DNA from: Eledone cirrhosa
Taxonomy: Eukaryota
DNA: 64,000 nt
Assembly (NCBI GenBank): GCA_964016885.1
Contig: OZ024742.1
Span: forward strand, 163,184,001 to 163,248,000
Direction: 5' to 3'
Shown one piece after another: positions 39,701 through 53,729 of this stretch. Numbering within the stretch: position 1 is the stretch's first letter; every line of letters begins with the position of its first letter. The notes below the pieces were generated by a model, which made no database searches, was not told the origin of the DNA, and saw only the letters and a program-made list of their open reading frames with translations. The translations under genes and the position numbers were made by a program.

Positions 39701-42700
39701 GAGGCTGGAATTTATCTCCCCTTGGACGGCTAGAAATTACCTCTCCTTGGACGGCTGGAAAATATTTCTCCTTGGACGGCTGGATATTATCTACCCTTGG
39801 ACGGGTGGAAATTATCTCCCCTTGGACGGCTGGAAATTATCTCCCCTTGGACGGCTAGATATTACCTCCCCTTGGACGGCTGGAAATTATCTCCCCTTGA
39901 TTTTTTTTACAAATTATCTCCCCCTGATTTTTTTTTTACAAATTATCTCCCCCTGATTTTTTACAAATTATCTCCCCCTGATTTTTTTTACAAATTATCT
40001 CCGCCTGATTTTTTTAAATATTATCTTCCCTTGGCTGGCGGGAAATTATCTCCCCTTGGACGGCTGAAAATTATCTCCCCTTGGACGGCTGGAAATTATC
40101 TCCCCTTGATTTTTTTTACAAATTATCTCCCCCTGATTATTTTTTACAAATTATCTTTCCCTGATTTTTTTTTACAAATTATCTCCCCCTGATTTTTTTT
40201 ACAAATTATCTCCCCCTGATTTTTTTACAAATTATCTCCCCTTGGCTGGCTGGAAATTATCTCCCCTTGGTGGCTGGAATTTATCTCCCCTTGGACGGCT
40301 GGAAATTATCTCTCCTTGGACGGCTGGAAAATATGTCTCGTTGGAGGGCTGGAAATTATCTCCCCTTGGACGGCTGGAAATTATCTCCCCTTGGACGGCT
40401 GGATATTATCTACCCTTGGACGGCTAGATATTACCTCCCTGGAAATTATCTCCCCTTGGTGGCTGGAATTTATCTCCCCTTGGACGGCTGGAAATTACCT
40501 CTCCTTGGACGGCTGGAAAATATGTCTCGTTGGAGGGCTGGAAATTATCTCCCCTTGGACGGCTGGAAATTATCTCCCCTTGGACGGCTGGATATTATCT
40601 CTCCTTGGGCGGCTAGAAATTACCTCGCCTTGGACGGCTGGAAAATATGTCTCCTTGGACGGCTGGAAATTATCTCCCCTTGGACGGCTGGAAATTATCT
40701 CCCCTTGGACGGCTGGATATTATCTACCCTTGGACGGCTAGATATTACCTCCCCTTGGACGGCTGGAAATTATCTCCCCTTGATTTTTTTTACAAATTAT
40801 CTCCCCCTGATTTTTTTTTACAAATTATCTCCCCTTGATTTTTTTTTACAAATTATCTACCCCTGATTTTTTTTTACAAATTATCTCCCCCTGATTTTTT
40901 TTACAAATTATCTCTCCCTGATTTTTTTTTACAAATTATCTCCCCCTGATTTTTTTTTACAAATTATCTACCCCTGATTTTTTTTTACAAATTATCTCCC
41001 CCTGATTTTTTTTACAAATTATCTCCCCCTGATTTTTTTACAAATTATCTCCCCCCGATTTTTTTTACAAATTATCTCCGCCTAATTTTTTTAAATATTA
41101 TCTTCCCTTGGCTGGCGGGAAATTATCTCCCCTTGGACGGCTGAAAATTATCTCCCCTTGGACGGCTGGAAATTATCTCCCCTTGGAGGCTGGAATTTAT
41201 CTCCCCTTGGACGGCTAGAAATTACCTCGCCTTGGACGGCTGGAAAATATGTCTCCTTGGACGGCTGGAAATTATCTCCCCTTGGACGGCTGGAAATTAT
41301 CTCCCCTTGGACGGCTAGATATTACCTCCCCTTGGACGGCTGGAAATTATCTCCCCTTGATTTTTTTTACAAATTATCTCCCCCTGATTTTTTTTTACAA
41401 ATTATCTCCCCCTGATTCTTTTTTACAAATTATCTACCCCTGATTTTTTTTTACAAATTATCTCCCCCTGATTTTTTTTACAAATTATCTCTCCCTGATT
41501 TTTTTTTACAAATTATCTCCCCCTGATTTTTTTTTACAAATTATCTACCCCTGATTTTTTTTTACAAATTATCTCCCCCTGATTTTTTTTACAAATTATC
41601 TCCCCCTGATTTTTTTTTACAAATTATCTCCCCCTGCTTTTTTTACAAATTATCTCCCCCCTGATTATTTTTACAATCTCCGCCTGATTTTTTTAAAAAT
41701 TATCTTCCCTTGGCTGGCGGGAAATTATCTCCCCTTGGACGGCTGGAAATTATATCCCCTTGGAAGGATGGAAATTATCTCCCCTTGGACGGCTGGAAAT
41801 TATCTCCCCTTGGACGGCTGGAAATTACCTCCCCTTGGACAGCTGGAAATTATCTGCCCTTGATTTTGTTTTTACAAATTATCTCCCCCTGATTTTTTTT
41901 ACAAATTATCTCCACCTGATTTTTTAAAAAATTATCTCCCCTTGGACGGCTGGAAATTATCTCCCCTTGATTTTTTTACAAATTATCTCCCCCTGATTTT
42001 TTTTACAAATTATCTCCCCCTGATTTTTTTTTTACAAATTATCTCCCCCTGATTTTTTTACAAATTATCTCCCCCTGATTTTTTTTACAAATTATCTCCG
42101 CCTGATTTTTTTAAATATTATCTTCCCTTGGCTGGCGGGAAATTATCTCCCCTTGGAAGGCTGAAAATTATCTCCCCTTGGACGGCTGGAAATTATCTCC
42201 CCTTGATTTTTTTACAAATTATCTCCCCCTGATTTTTTTTTACAAATTATCTCCCCCTGATTTTTTTTTACAAATGATCTCCCCCTGATTTTTTTTTACA
42301 AATTATCTGCCCCTGATTTTTTTTACAAATTATCTCCCCCTGATTTTTTTACAAATTATCTCCCCTTGGCTGGCTGGAAATTATCTCCCCTTGGAGGCTG
42401 GAATTTATCTCCCCTTGGACGGCTAGAAATTACCTCTCCTTGGACGGCTGGAAAATATTTCTCCTTGGACGGCTGGATATTATCTACCCTTGGACGGCTA
42501 GATATTACCTCCCCTTGGACGGCTGGAAATTATCTCCCCTTGATTTTTTTTACAAATTATCTCCCCCTGATTTTTTTTTTACAAATTATCTCCCCCTGAT
42601 TTTTTTACAAATTATCTCCCCCTGATTTTTTTTACAAATTATCTCCGCCTGATTTTTTTAAATATTATCTTCTCTTGGCTGGCGGGAAATTATCTCCCCT

Positions 42701-45700
42701 TGGACGGCTGAAAATTATCTCCCCTTGGACGGCTGGAAATTATCTCCCCTTGATTTTTTTTACAAATTATCTCCCCCTGATTTTATTTTACAAATTATCT
42801 CCCCCTGATTTTTTTTACAAATTATCTCCCCCTGATATTTTTTACAAATTATCTCCCCCTGATTTTTTTACAAATTATCTCCCCTTGGCTGGCTGGAAAT
42901 TATCTCCCCTTGGACGGCTAGATATTACCTCCCCTTGGACGGCTGGAAATTATCTCCCCTTGATTTTTTTTACAAATTATCTCCCCCTGATTTTTTTTTA
43001 CAAATTATCTCCCCCTGATTTTTTTTTACAAATTATCTACCCCTGATTTTTTTTTACAAATTATCTCCCCCTGATTTTTTTACAAATTATCTCTCCCTGA
43101 TTTTTTTTTACAAATTATCTTCCCCTGATTTTTTTTTACAAATTATCTACCCCTGATTTTTTTTTACAAATTATCTCCCCCTGATTTTTTTTACAAATTA
43201 TCTCCCCCTGATTTTTTTTACAAATTATCTCCCCCTGATTTTTTTACAAATTATCTCCCCCCGATTTTTTTTACAAATTATCTCCGCCTAATTTTTTTAA
43301 ATATTATCTTCCCTTGGCTGGCGGGAAATTATCTCCCCTTGGACGGCGTAAAATTATCTCCCCTTGGACGGCTGGAAATTATCTCCCCTTGATTTTTTTA
43401 CAAATTATCTCCCCCTGATTATTTTTTACAAATTATCTCCCCCTGATTTTTTTTTACAAATTATCTCCCTCTGATTTTTTTTACAAATTATCTCCCCTTG
43501 GCAGGCTGGAAATTATCTCCCCTTGGAGGCTGGAATTTATCTCCCCTTGGACGGTTAGAAATTACCTCTCCTTGGACGGCTGGAAAATATGTCTCCTTGG
43601 ACGGCTGGAAATTATCTCCCCTGGGACGGCTGGAAATTATCTCCCCTTGGACGGCTGGAAATTATCTCTCCTCGGACGACTAGAAATTACCTCTCCTTGG
43701 ACAGCTGAAAATTATCTCCCCTTGGACGGCTGGAAATTATCTCCCCCTGATTTTTTTTTACAAATTATCTCCCCCTGATTTTATTTTACAAATTATCTCC
43801 CCCTGATTTTTTTTACAAATTATCTCCCCCTGATATTTTTTACAAATTATCTCCCCCTGATTTTTTTACAAATTATCTCCCCTTGGCTGGCTGGAAATTA
43901 TCTCCCCTTGGAGGCTGGAATTTATCTCCCCTTGGACGGCTAGAAATTACCTCGCCTTGGACGGCTGGAAAATATGTCTCCTTGGACGGCTGGAAATTAT
44001 CTCCCCTTGGACGGCTGGAAATTATCTCCCCTTGGACGGCTGGAAATTATCTCCCCTTGATTTTTTTTACAAATTATCTCCCCCTGATTTTTTTTTACAA
44101 ATTATCTCCCCCTGATTTTTTTTTACAAATTATCTACCCCTGATTTTTTTTACAAATTATCTCCCCCTGATTTTTTTTACAAATTATCTCTCCCTGATTT
44201 TTTTTTACAAATTATCTCCCCCTGATTTTTTTTTACAAATTATCTACGCCTGATTTTTTTTTACAAATTATCTCCCCCTGATTTTTTTTACAAATTATCT
44301 CCCCCTGATTTTTTTACAAATTATCTCCCCCCGATTTTTTTTACAAATTATCTCCGCCTAATTTTTTTAAATATTATCTTCCCTTGGCTGGCGGGAAATT
44401 ATCTCCCCTTGGACGGCTGGAAATTATCTCCCCTTGGACGGCTGGAAATTATCTCTCCTCGGACGACTAGAAATTACCTCTCCTTGGACAGCTGAAAATT
44501 ATCTCCCCTTGGACGGCTGGAAATTATCTCCCCCTGATTTTTTTTTACAAATTATCTCCCCCTGATTTTTTTTTACAAATTATCTCCCCCTGATTTTTTT
44601 TACAAATTATCTCCCCCTGATATTTTTTACAAATTATCTCCCCCTGATTTTTTTACAAATTATCTCCCCTTGGCTGGCTGGAAATTATCTCCCCTTGGAG
44701 GCTGGAATTTATCTCCCCTTGGACGGCTAGAAATTACCTCGCCTTGGACGGCTGGAAAATATGTCTCCTTGGACGGCTGGAAATTATCTCCCCTTGGACG
44801 GCTGGAAATTACCTCCCCTTGGACGGCTGGAAATTATCTCCCCTTGATTTTTTTTACAAATTATCTCCCCCTGATTTTTTTTTACAAATTATCTCCCCCT
44901 GATTTTTTTTTACAAATTATCTACCCCTGATTTTTTTTTACAAATTATCTCCCCCTGATTTTTTTTACAAATTATCTCTCCCTGATTTTTTTTTACAAAT
45001 TATCTCCCCCTGATTTTTTTTTACAAATTATCTACCCCTGATTTTTTTTTACAAATTATCTCCCCCTGATTTTTTTTACAAATTATCTCCCCCTGATTTT
45101 TTTTACAAATTATCTCCCCCTGATTTTTTTACAAATTATCTCCCCCCGATTTTTTTTACAAATTATCTCCGCCTAATTTTTTTAAATATTATCTTCCCTT
45201 GGCTGGCGGGAAATTATCTCCCCTTGGACGGCTGAAAATTATCTCCCCTTGGACGGCTGGAAATTATCTCCCCTTGATTTTTTTACAAATTATCTCCCCC
45301 TGATTATTTTTTACAAATTATCTCCCCCTGATTTTTTTTTACAAATTATCTCCCTCTGATTTTTTTTACAAATTATCTTCCCTTGGCTGGCTGGAAATTA
45401 TCTCCCCTTGGAGGCTAGAATTTGTCTCCCCTTGGACGGTTAGAAATTACCTCTCCTTGGACTGCTGGAAAATATGTCTCCTTGGACGGCTGGAAATTAT
45501 CTCCCCTGGGACGGCTGGAAATTATCTCCCCTTGGACGGCTGGAAATTATCTCTCCTCGGACGACTAGAAATTACCTCTCCTTGGACAGCTGAAAATTAT
45601 CTCCCCTTGGACGGCTGGAAATTATCTCCCCTTGATTTTTTTTACAAATTATCTCCCCCTGATTTTTTTTTACAAATTATCTCCCCCTGATTTTATTTTA

Positions 45701-48700
45701 CAAATTATCTCCCCCTGATTTTTTTTACAAATTATCTCCCCCCGATATTTTTTACAAATTATCTCCCCCTGATTTTTTTACAAATTATCTCCCCTTGGCT
45801 GGCTGGAAATTATCTCCCCTTGGAGGCTGGAATTTATCTCCCCTTGGACGGCTAGAAATTACCTCGCCTTGGACGGCTGGAAAATATGTCTCCTTGGACG
45901 GCTGGAAATTATCTCCCCTTGGACGGCTGGAAATTATCTCCCCTTGGACGGCTGGAAATTATCTCCCCTTGGACGGCTAGATATTACCTCCCCTTGGACG
46001 GCTGGAAATTATATCCCCTTGATTTTTTTTACAAATTATCTCCCCCTGATTTTTTTTTACAAATTATCTCCCTGATTTTTTTTTACGAATTATCTCCCCC
46101 TGATTTTTTTTTACAAATTATCTCCGCCTGATTTTTTTTTAAAAATTATCTCCCCTTGAACGGCTGGAAATTATCTCCCCTTGGACGGCTGGAAATTATC
46201 TCCCCTTGGACGGCTAGAAATTACCTCTCCTTGGACGGCTGAAAATTATCTCCCCTTGGACGGCTGCAAATTATCTCCCCTTGATTTTTTAACAAATTAT
46301 CTCCCCCTGATTTTTTTTTACAAATTATCTCCCCCTGATTTTTTTTTACAAATTATCTACGCCTAAGTTTTTTTACAAATTATCTCCCCCTGATTTTTTT
46401 TTACAAATTATCTCCCCCTGATTTTTTTTACAAATTATCTCCCCCTGATTTTTTTTTACAAATTATTTCCCCCTGATTTTTTTACAAATTATCTCCCCCC
46501 TGATTTTTTTTACAATCTCCGCCTGATTTTTTAAAAAATTATCTTCCCTTGGCTGGCGGGAAATTATCTCCCCTTGGACGGCTGGAAATTATATCCCCTT
46601 GGACGGCTGGAAATTACCTCCCCTTGGACAGCTGGAAATTATCTGCCCTTGATTTTGTTTTTACAAATTATCTCCCCCTGATTTTTATTACAAATTATCT
46701 CCACCTGATTTTTTAAAAAATTATCTCCCCTTGGACGGCTGGAAATTATCTCCCCTTGATTTTTTTACAAATTATCTCCCCCTGATTTTTTTTACAAATT
46801 ATCTCCCCCTGATTTTTTTTTTACAAATTATCTCCCCCTGATTTTTTTACAAATTATCTCCCCCTGATTTTTTTTACAAATTATCTCCGCCTGATTTTTT
46901 TAAATATTATCTTCCCTTGGCTGGCGGGAAATTATCTCCCCTTGGACGGCTGAAAATTATCTCCCCTTGGACGGCTGGAAATTATCTCCCCTTGATTTTT
47001 TTTACAAATTATCTCCCCCTGATTTTTTTTTACAAATTATCTCCCCCTGATTTTTTTTTACAAATTATCTCCCCCTGATTTTTTTTTACAAATTATCTGC
47101 CCCTGATTTTTTTTACAAATTATCTCCCCCTGATTTTTTTACAAATTATCTCCCCTTGGCTGGCTGGAAATGATCTCCCCTTGGAGGCTGGAATTTATCT
47201 CCCCTTGGACGGCTAGAAATTACCTCTCCTTGGACGGCTGGAAAATATTTCTCCTTGGACGGCTGGATATTATCTACCCTTGGACGGGTGGAAATCATCT
47301 CCCCTTGGACGGCTGGAAATTATCTCCCCTTGGACGGCTAGATATTACCTCCCCTTGGACGGCTGGAAATTATCTCCCCTTGATTTTTTTTACAAATTAT
47401 CTCCCCCTGATTTTTTTTTTACAAATTATCTCCCCCTGATTTTTTTACAAATTATCTCCCCCTGATTTTTTTTACAAATTATCTCCGCCTGATTTTTTTA
47501 AATATTATCTTCCCTTGGCTGGCGGGAAATTATCTCCCCTTGGACGGCTGAAAATTATCTCCCCTTGGACGGCTGGAAATTATCTCCCCTTGATTTTTTT
47601 TACAAATTATCTCCCCTTGATTTTTTTTACAAATTATCTCCCCCTGATTATTTTTTACAAATTATCTTTCCCTGATTTTTTTTTACAAATTATCTCCCCC
47701 TGATTTTTTTTACAAATTATCTCCCCCTGATTTTTTTACAAATTATCTCCCCTTGGCTGGCTGGAAATTATCTCCCCTTGGTGGCTGGAATTATATCTCC
47801 CCTTGGACGGCTGGAAATTATCTCTCCTTGGACGGCTAGTAATTACCTCTCCTTGGACGGCTGGAAAATATGTCTCGTTGGAGGGCTGGAAATTATCTCC
47901 CCTTGGACGGCTGGAAATTATCTCCCCTTGGACGGCTGGAAATTATCTCTCCTTGGGCGGCTAGAAATTACCTCTCCTTGGACGGCTGAAAATTATCTCT
48001 CCTTGGACGGCTGGAAATTATCTCCCCTTGGACGGCTAGATATTACCTCCCCTTGGACGGCTGGAAATTATCTCCCCTTGATTTTTTTTACAAATTATCT
48101 CCCCCTGATTTTTTTTACAAATTATCTACACCTGATTTTTTTACAAATTATCTCCCCCTGATTTTTTTTACAAATTATCTCCGCCTAATTTTTTTAAATA
48201 TTATCTTCCCTTGGCTGGCGGGAAATTATCTCCCCTTGGACGGCTGAAAATTATCTCCCCTTGGACGGCTGGAAATTATCTCCCCTTGATTTTTTTTACA
48301 AATTATCTCCCCCTGATTTTTTTTTACAAATTATCTCCCCCTGATTTTTTTTTACAAATTATCTCCCCCTGATTTTTTTTTACAAATTATCTCCCCCTGA
48401 TTTTTTTTACAAATTATCTCCCCCTGATATTTTTTACAAATTATCTCCCCCTGATTTTTTTACAAATTATCTCCCCTTGGCTGGCTGGAAATTATCTCCC
48501 CTTGGAGGCTGGAATTTATCTCCCCTTGGACGGCTAGAAATTACCTCGCCTTGGACGGCTGGAAAATATGTCTCCTTGGACGGCTGGAAATTATCTCCCC
48601 TTGGACGGCTGGAAATTATCTCCCCTTGGACGGCTGGATATTATCTACCCTTGGACGGCTAGATATTACCTCCCCTTGGACGGCTGGAAATTATCTCCCC

Positions 48701-48710
48701 TTGATTTTTT
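26110..48710 (+). repeat. Tandem duplication, period ~11,313 bp (junction ~37,340-37,440)
   Basis: Offsets are 11,286 (26642/37928), then 11,313 (27027/38340 to 35857/47170), then 11,312 (36466/47778, 37165/48477). Shared rare variants include GGCGTAAAA (32032/43345) and GGCTAGTAA (~36522/~47834). Confidence 0.93.
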
Positions 48711-51700
48711 TTACAAATTATCTCCCCCTGATTTTTTTTTACAAATTATCTCCCCTTGATTTTTTTTTACAAATTATCTACCCCTGATTTTTTTTTACAA
48801 ATTATCTCCCCCTGATTTTTTTTACAAATTATCTCTCCCTGATTTTTTTTTACAAATTATCTCCCCCTGATTTTTTTTCACAAATTATCTACCCCTGATT
48901 TTTTTTTACAAATTATCTCCCCCTGATTTTTTTTACAAATTATCTCCCCCTGATTTTTTTACAAATTATCTCCCCCCGATTTTTTTTACAAATTATCTCC
49001 GCCTAATTTTTTTAAATATTATCTTCCCTTGGCTGGCGGGAAATTATCTCCCCTTGGACGGCTGAAAATTATCTCCCCTTGGACGGCTGGAAATTATCTC
49101 CCCTTGGAGGTTGGAATTTATCTCCCCTTGGACGGCTAGAAATTACCTCGCCTTGGACGGCTGGAAAATATGTCTCCTTGGACGGCTGGAAATTATCTCC
49201 CCTTGGACGGCTGGAAATTATCTCCCCTTGGACGGCTAGATATTACCTCCCCTTGGACGGCTGGAAATTATCTCCCCTTGATTTTTTTTACAAATTATCT
49301 CCCCCTGATTTTTTTTTACAAATTATCTCCCCCTGATTTTTTTTTACAAATTATCTACCCCTGATTTTTTTTTACAAATTATCTCCCCCTGATTTTTTTT
49401 ACAAATTATCTCTCCCTGATTTTTTTTTACAAATTATCTCCCCCCGATTTTTTTTACAAATCATCTCCGCCTAATTTTTTTAAATATTATCTTCCCTTGG
49501 CTGGCGGGAAATTATCTCCCCTTGGACGGCTGAAAATTATCTCCCCTTGGACGGCTGGAAATTATCTCCCCTTGATTTTTTTACAAATTATCTCCCCCTG
49601 ATTATTTTTTACAAATTATCTCCCCCTGATTTTTTTTTACAAATTATCTCCCCTTGGCTGGCTGGAAATTATCTCCCCTTGGAGGCTGGAATTTATCTCC
49701 CCTTGGACGGTTAGAAATTACCTCTCCTTGGACTGCTGGAAAATATGTCTCCTTGGACGGCTGGAAATTATCTCCCCTGGGACGGCTGGAAATTATCTCC
49801 CCTTGGACGGCTGGAAATTATCTCTCCTCGGACGACTAGAAATTACCTCTCCTTGGACAGTTGAAAATTATCTCCCCTTGGACGGCTGGAAATTATCTCC
49901 CCTTGATTTTTTTTACAAATTATCTCCCCCTGATTTTTTTTTACAAATTATCTCCCCCTGATTTTATTTTACAAATTATCTCCCCCTGATTTTTTTTACA
50001 AATTATCTCCCCCTGATATTTTTTACAAATTATCTCCCCCTGATTTTTTTACAAATTATCTCCCCTTGGCTGGCTGGAAATTATCTCCCCTTGGAGGCTG
50101 GAATTTATCTCCCCTTGGACGGCTAGAAATTACCTCGCCTTGGACGGCTGGAAAATATGTCTCCTTGGACGGCTGGAAATTATCTCCCCTTGGACGGCTG
50201 GAAATTATCTCCCCTTGGACGGCTGGAAATTATCTCCCCTTGGACGGCTAGATATTACCTCCCCTTGGACGGCTGGAAATTATCTCCCCTTGATTTTTTT
50301 TACAAATTATCTCCCCCTGATTTTTTTTTACAAATTATCTCCCTGATTTTTTTTTACGAATTATCTCCCCATGATTTTTTTTTACAAATTATCTCCGCCT
50401 GATTTTTTTAAAAAAATTATCTCCCCTTGAACGGCTGGAAATTATCTCCCCTTGGACGGCTGGAAATTATCTCCCCTTGGACGGCTAGAAATTACCTCTC
50501 CTTGGACGGCTGAAAATTATCTCCCCTTGGACGGCTGCAAATTATCTCCCCTTGATTTTTTAACAAATTATCTCCCCCTGATTTTTTTTTACAAATTATC
50601 TCCCCCTGATTTTTTTTTACAAATTATCTACGCCTAAGTTTTTTTACAAATTATCTCCCCCTGATTTTTTTTTACAAATTATCTCCCCCTGATTTTTTTT
50701 ACAAATTATCTCCCCCTGATTTTTTTTTACAAATTATTTCCCCCTGATTTTTTTACAAATTATCTCCCCCCTGATTTTTTTTACAATCTCCGCCTGATTT
50801 TTTAAAAAATTATCTTCCCTTGGCTGGCGGGAAATTATCTCCCCTTGGACGGCTGGAAATTATATCCCCTTGGACGGCTGGAAATTACCTCCCCTTGGAC
50901 AGCTGGAAATTATCTGCCCTTGATTTTGTATTTACAAATTATCTCCCCCTGATTTTTTTTACAAATTATCTCCACCTGATTTTTTAAAAAATTATCTCCC
51001 CTTGGACGGCTGGAAATTATCTCCCCTTGATTTTTTTACAAATTATCTCCCCCTGATTTTTTTTACAAATTATCTCCCCCTGATTTTTTTTTTACAAATT
51101 ATCTACCCCTGATTTTTTTTTACAAATTATCTCCCCCTGATTTTTTTTACAAATTATCTCCCCCTGATTTTTTTTACAAATTATCTCCCCCTGATTTTTT
51201 TACAAATTATCTCCCCCCGATTTTTTTTACAAATTATCTCCGCCTAATTTTTTTAAATATTATCTTCCCTTGGCTGGCGGGAAATTATCTCCCCTTGGAC
51301 GGCTGAAAATTATCTCCCCTTGGACGGCTGGAAATTATCTCCCCTTGATTTTTTTACAAATTATCTCCCCCTGATTATTTTTTACAAATTATCTCCCCCT
51401 GATTTTTTTTTACAACTTATCTCCCTCTGATTTTTTTTACAAATTATCTCCCCTTGGCTGGCTGGAAATTATCTCCCCTTGGAGGCTGGAATTTATCTCC
51501 CCTTGGACGGTTAGAAATTACCTCTCCTTGGACTGCTGGAAAATATGTCTCCTTGGACGGCTGGAAATTATCTCCCCTTGGACGGCTGGAAATTATCTCC
51601 CCTTGGACGGCTGGAAATTATCTCTCCTCGGACGACTAGAAATTACCTCTCCTTGGACAGCTGAAAATTATCTCCCCTTGGACGGCTGGAAATTATCTCC

Positions 51701-53729
51701 CCTTGATTTTTTTTACAAATTATCTCCCCCTGATTTTTTTTTACAAATTATCTCCCCCTGATTTTTTTTTACAAATTATCTCCCCCTGATTTTTTTTACA
51801 AATTATCTCCCCCTGATATTTTTTACAAATTATCTCCCCCTGATTTTTTTACAAATTATCTCCCCTTGGCTGGCTGGAATTTATCTCCCCTTGGACGGCT
51901 AGAAATTACCTCGCCTTGGACGGCTGGAAAATATGTCTCCTTGGACGGCTGGAAATTATCTCCCCTTGGACGGCTGGAAATTATCTCCCCTTGGACGGCT
52001 GGAAATTATCTCCCCTTGGACGGCTAGATATTACCTCCCCTTGGACGGCTGGAAATTATCTCCCCTTGATTTTTTTTACAAATTATCTCCCCCTGATGTT
52101 TTTTTACAAATTATCTCCCCCTGATTTTTTTTTACGAATTATCTCCCCCTGATTTTTTTTTACAAATTATCTCCGCCTGATTTTTTTTTTAAAATTATCT
52201 CCCCTTGAACGGCTGGAAATTATCTCCCCTTGGACGGCTGGAAATTATCTCCCCTTGGACGGCTAGAAATTACCTCTCCTTGGACGGCTGAAAATTATCT
52301 CCCCTTGGACGGCTGCAAATTATCTCCCCTTGATTTTTTAACAAATTATCTCCCCCTGATTTTTTTTTACAAATTATCTCCCCCTGATTTTTTTTTACAA
52401 ATTATCTACGCCTAATTTTTTTTACAAATTATCTCCCCCTGATTTTTTTTTACAAATTATCTCCCCCTGATTTTTTTTACAAATTATTTCCCCCTGATTT
52501 TTTTACAAATTATCTCCCCCCTGATTTTTTTTACAATCTCCGCCTGATTTTTTTAAAAATTATCTTCCCTTGGCTGGCGGGAAATTATCTCCCCTTGGAC
52601 GGCTGGAAATTATATCCCCTTGGACGGCTGGAAATTACCTCCCCTTGGACAGCTGGAAATTATCTGCCCTTGATTTTGTTTTTACAAATTATCTCCCCCT
52701 GATTTTTTTTACAAATTATCTCCACCTGATTTTTTAAAAAATTATCTCCCCTTGGACGGCTGGAAATTATCTCCCCTTGATTTTTTTACAAATTACCTTC
52801 CCCTGATTTTTTTTACAAATTATCTCCCCCTGATTTTTTTTTTACAAATTATCTCCCCCTGATTTTTTTACAAATTATCTCCCCCTGATTTTTTCTACAA
52901 ATTATCTCCGCCTGATTTTTTTAAATATTATCTTCCCTTGGCTGGCGGGAAATTATCTCCCCTTGGACGGCTGAAAATTATCTCCCCTTGGACGGCTGGA
53001 AATTATCTCCCCTTGATTTTTTTTACAAATTATCTCCCCCTGATTTTTTTTTACAAATTATCTCCCCCTGATTTTTTTTTACAAATTATCTCCCCCTGAT
53101 TTTTTTTTACAAATTATCTGCCCCTGATTTTTTTTACAAATTATCTCCCCCTGATTTTTTTACAAATTATCTCCCCTTGGCTGGCTGGAAATTATCTCCC
53201 CTTGGAGGCTGGAATTTATCTCCCCTTGGACGGCTAGAAATTACCTCTCCTTGGACGGCTGGAAAATATTTCTCCTTGGACGGCTGGATATTATCTACCC
53301 TTGGACGGGTGGAAATTATCTCCCCTTGGACGGCTGGAAATTATCTCCCCTTGGACGGCTAGATATTACCTCCCCTTGGACGGCTGGAAATTATCTCCCC
53401 TTGATTTTTTTTACAAATTATCTCCCCCTGATTTTTTTTTTACAAATTATCTCCCCCTGATTTTTTTACAAATTATCTCCACCTGATTTTTTTTACAAAT
53501 TATCTCCGCCTGATTTTTTTAAATATTATCTTCTCTTGGCTGGCGGGAAATTATCTCCCCTTGGACGGCTGAAAATTATCTCCCCTTGGACGGCTGGAAA
53601 TTATCTCCCCTTGATTTTTTTTACAAATTATCTCCCCCTGATTTTTTTTTACAAATTATCTCCCCCTGATTTTTTTTTACAAATTATCTCCCCCTGATTT
53701 TTTTTTACAAATTATCTCCACCTGATTTT

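Noticed and set aside
765-48710. Large duplications being pure assembly artefacts
   Set aside because: The copies differ by private SNVs and whole-monomer indels that give a consistent chronology. An artefact is unlikely but cannot be fully excluded without spanning reads.
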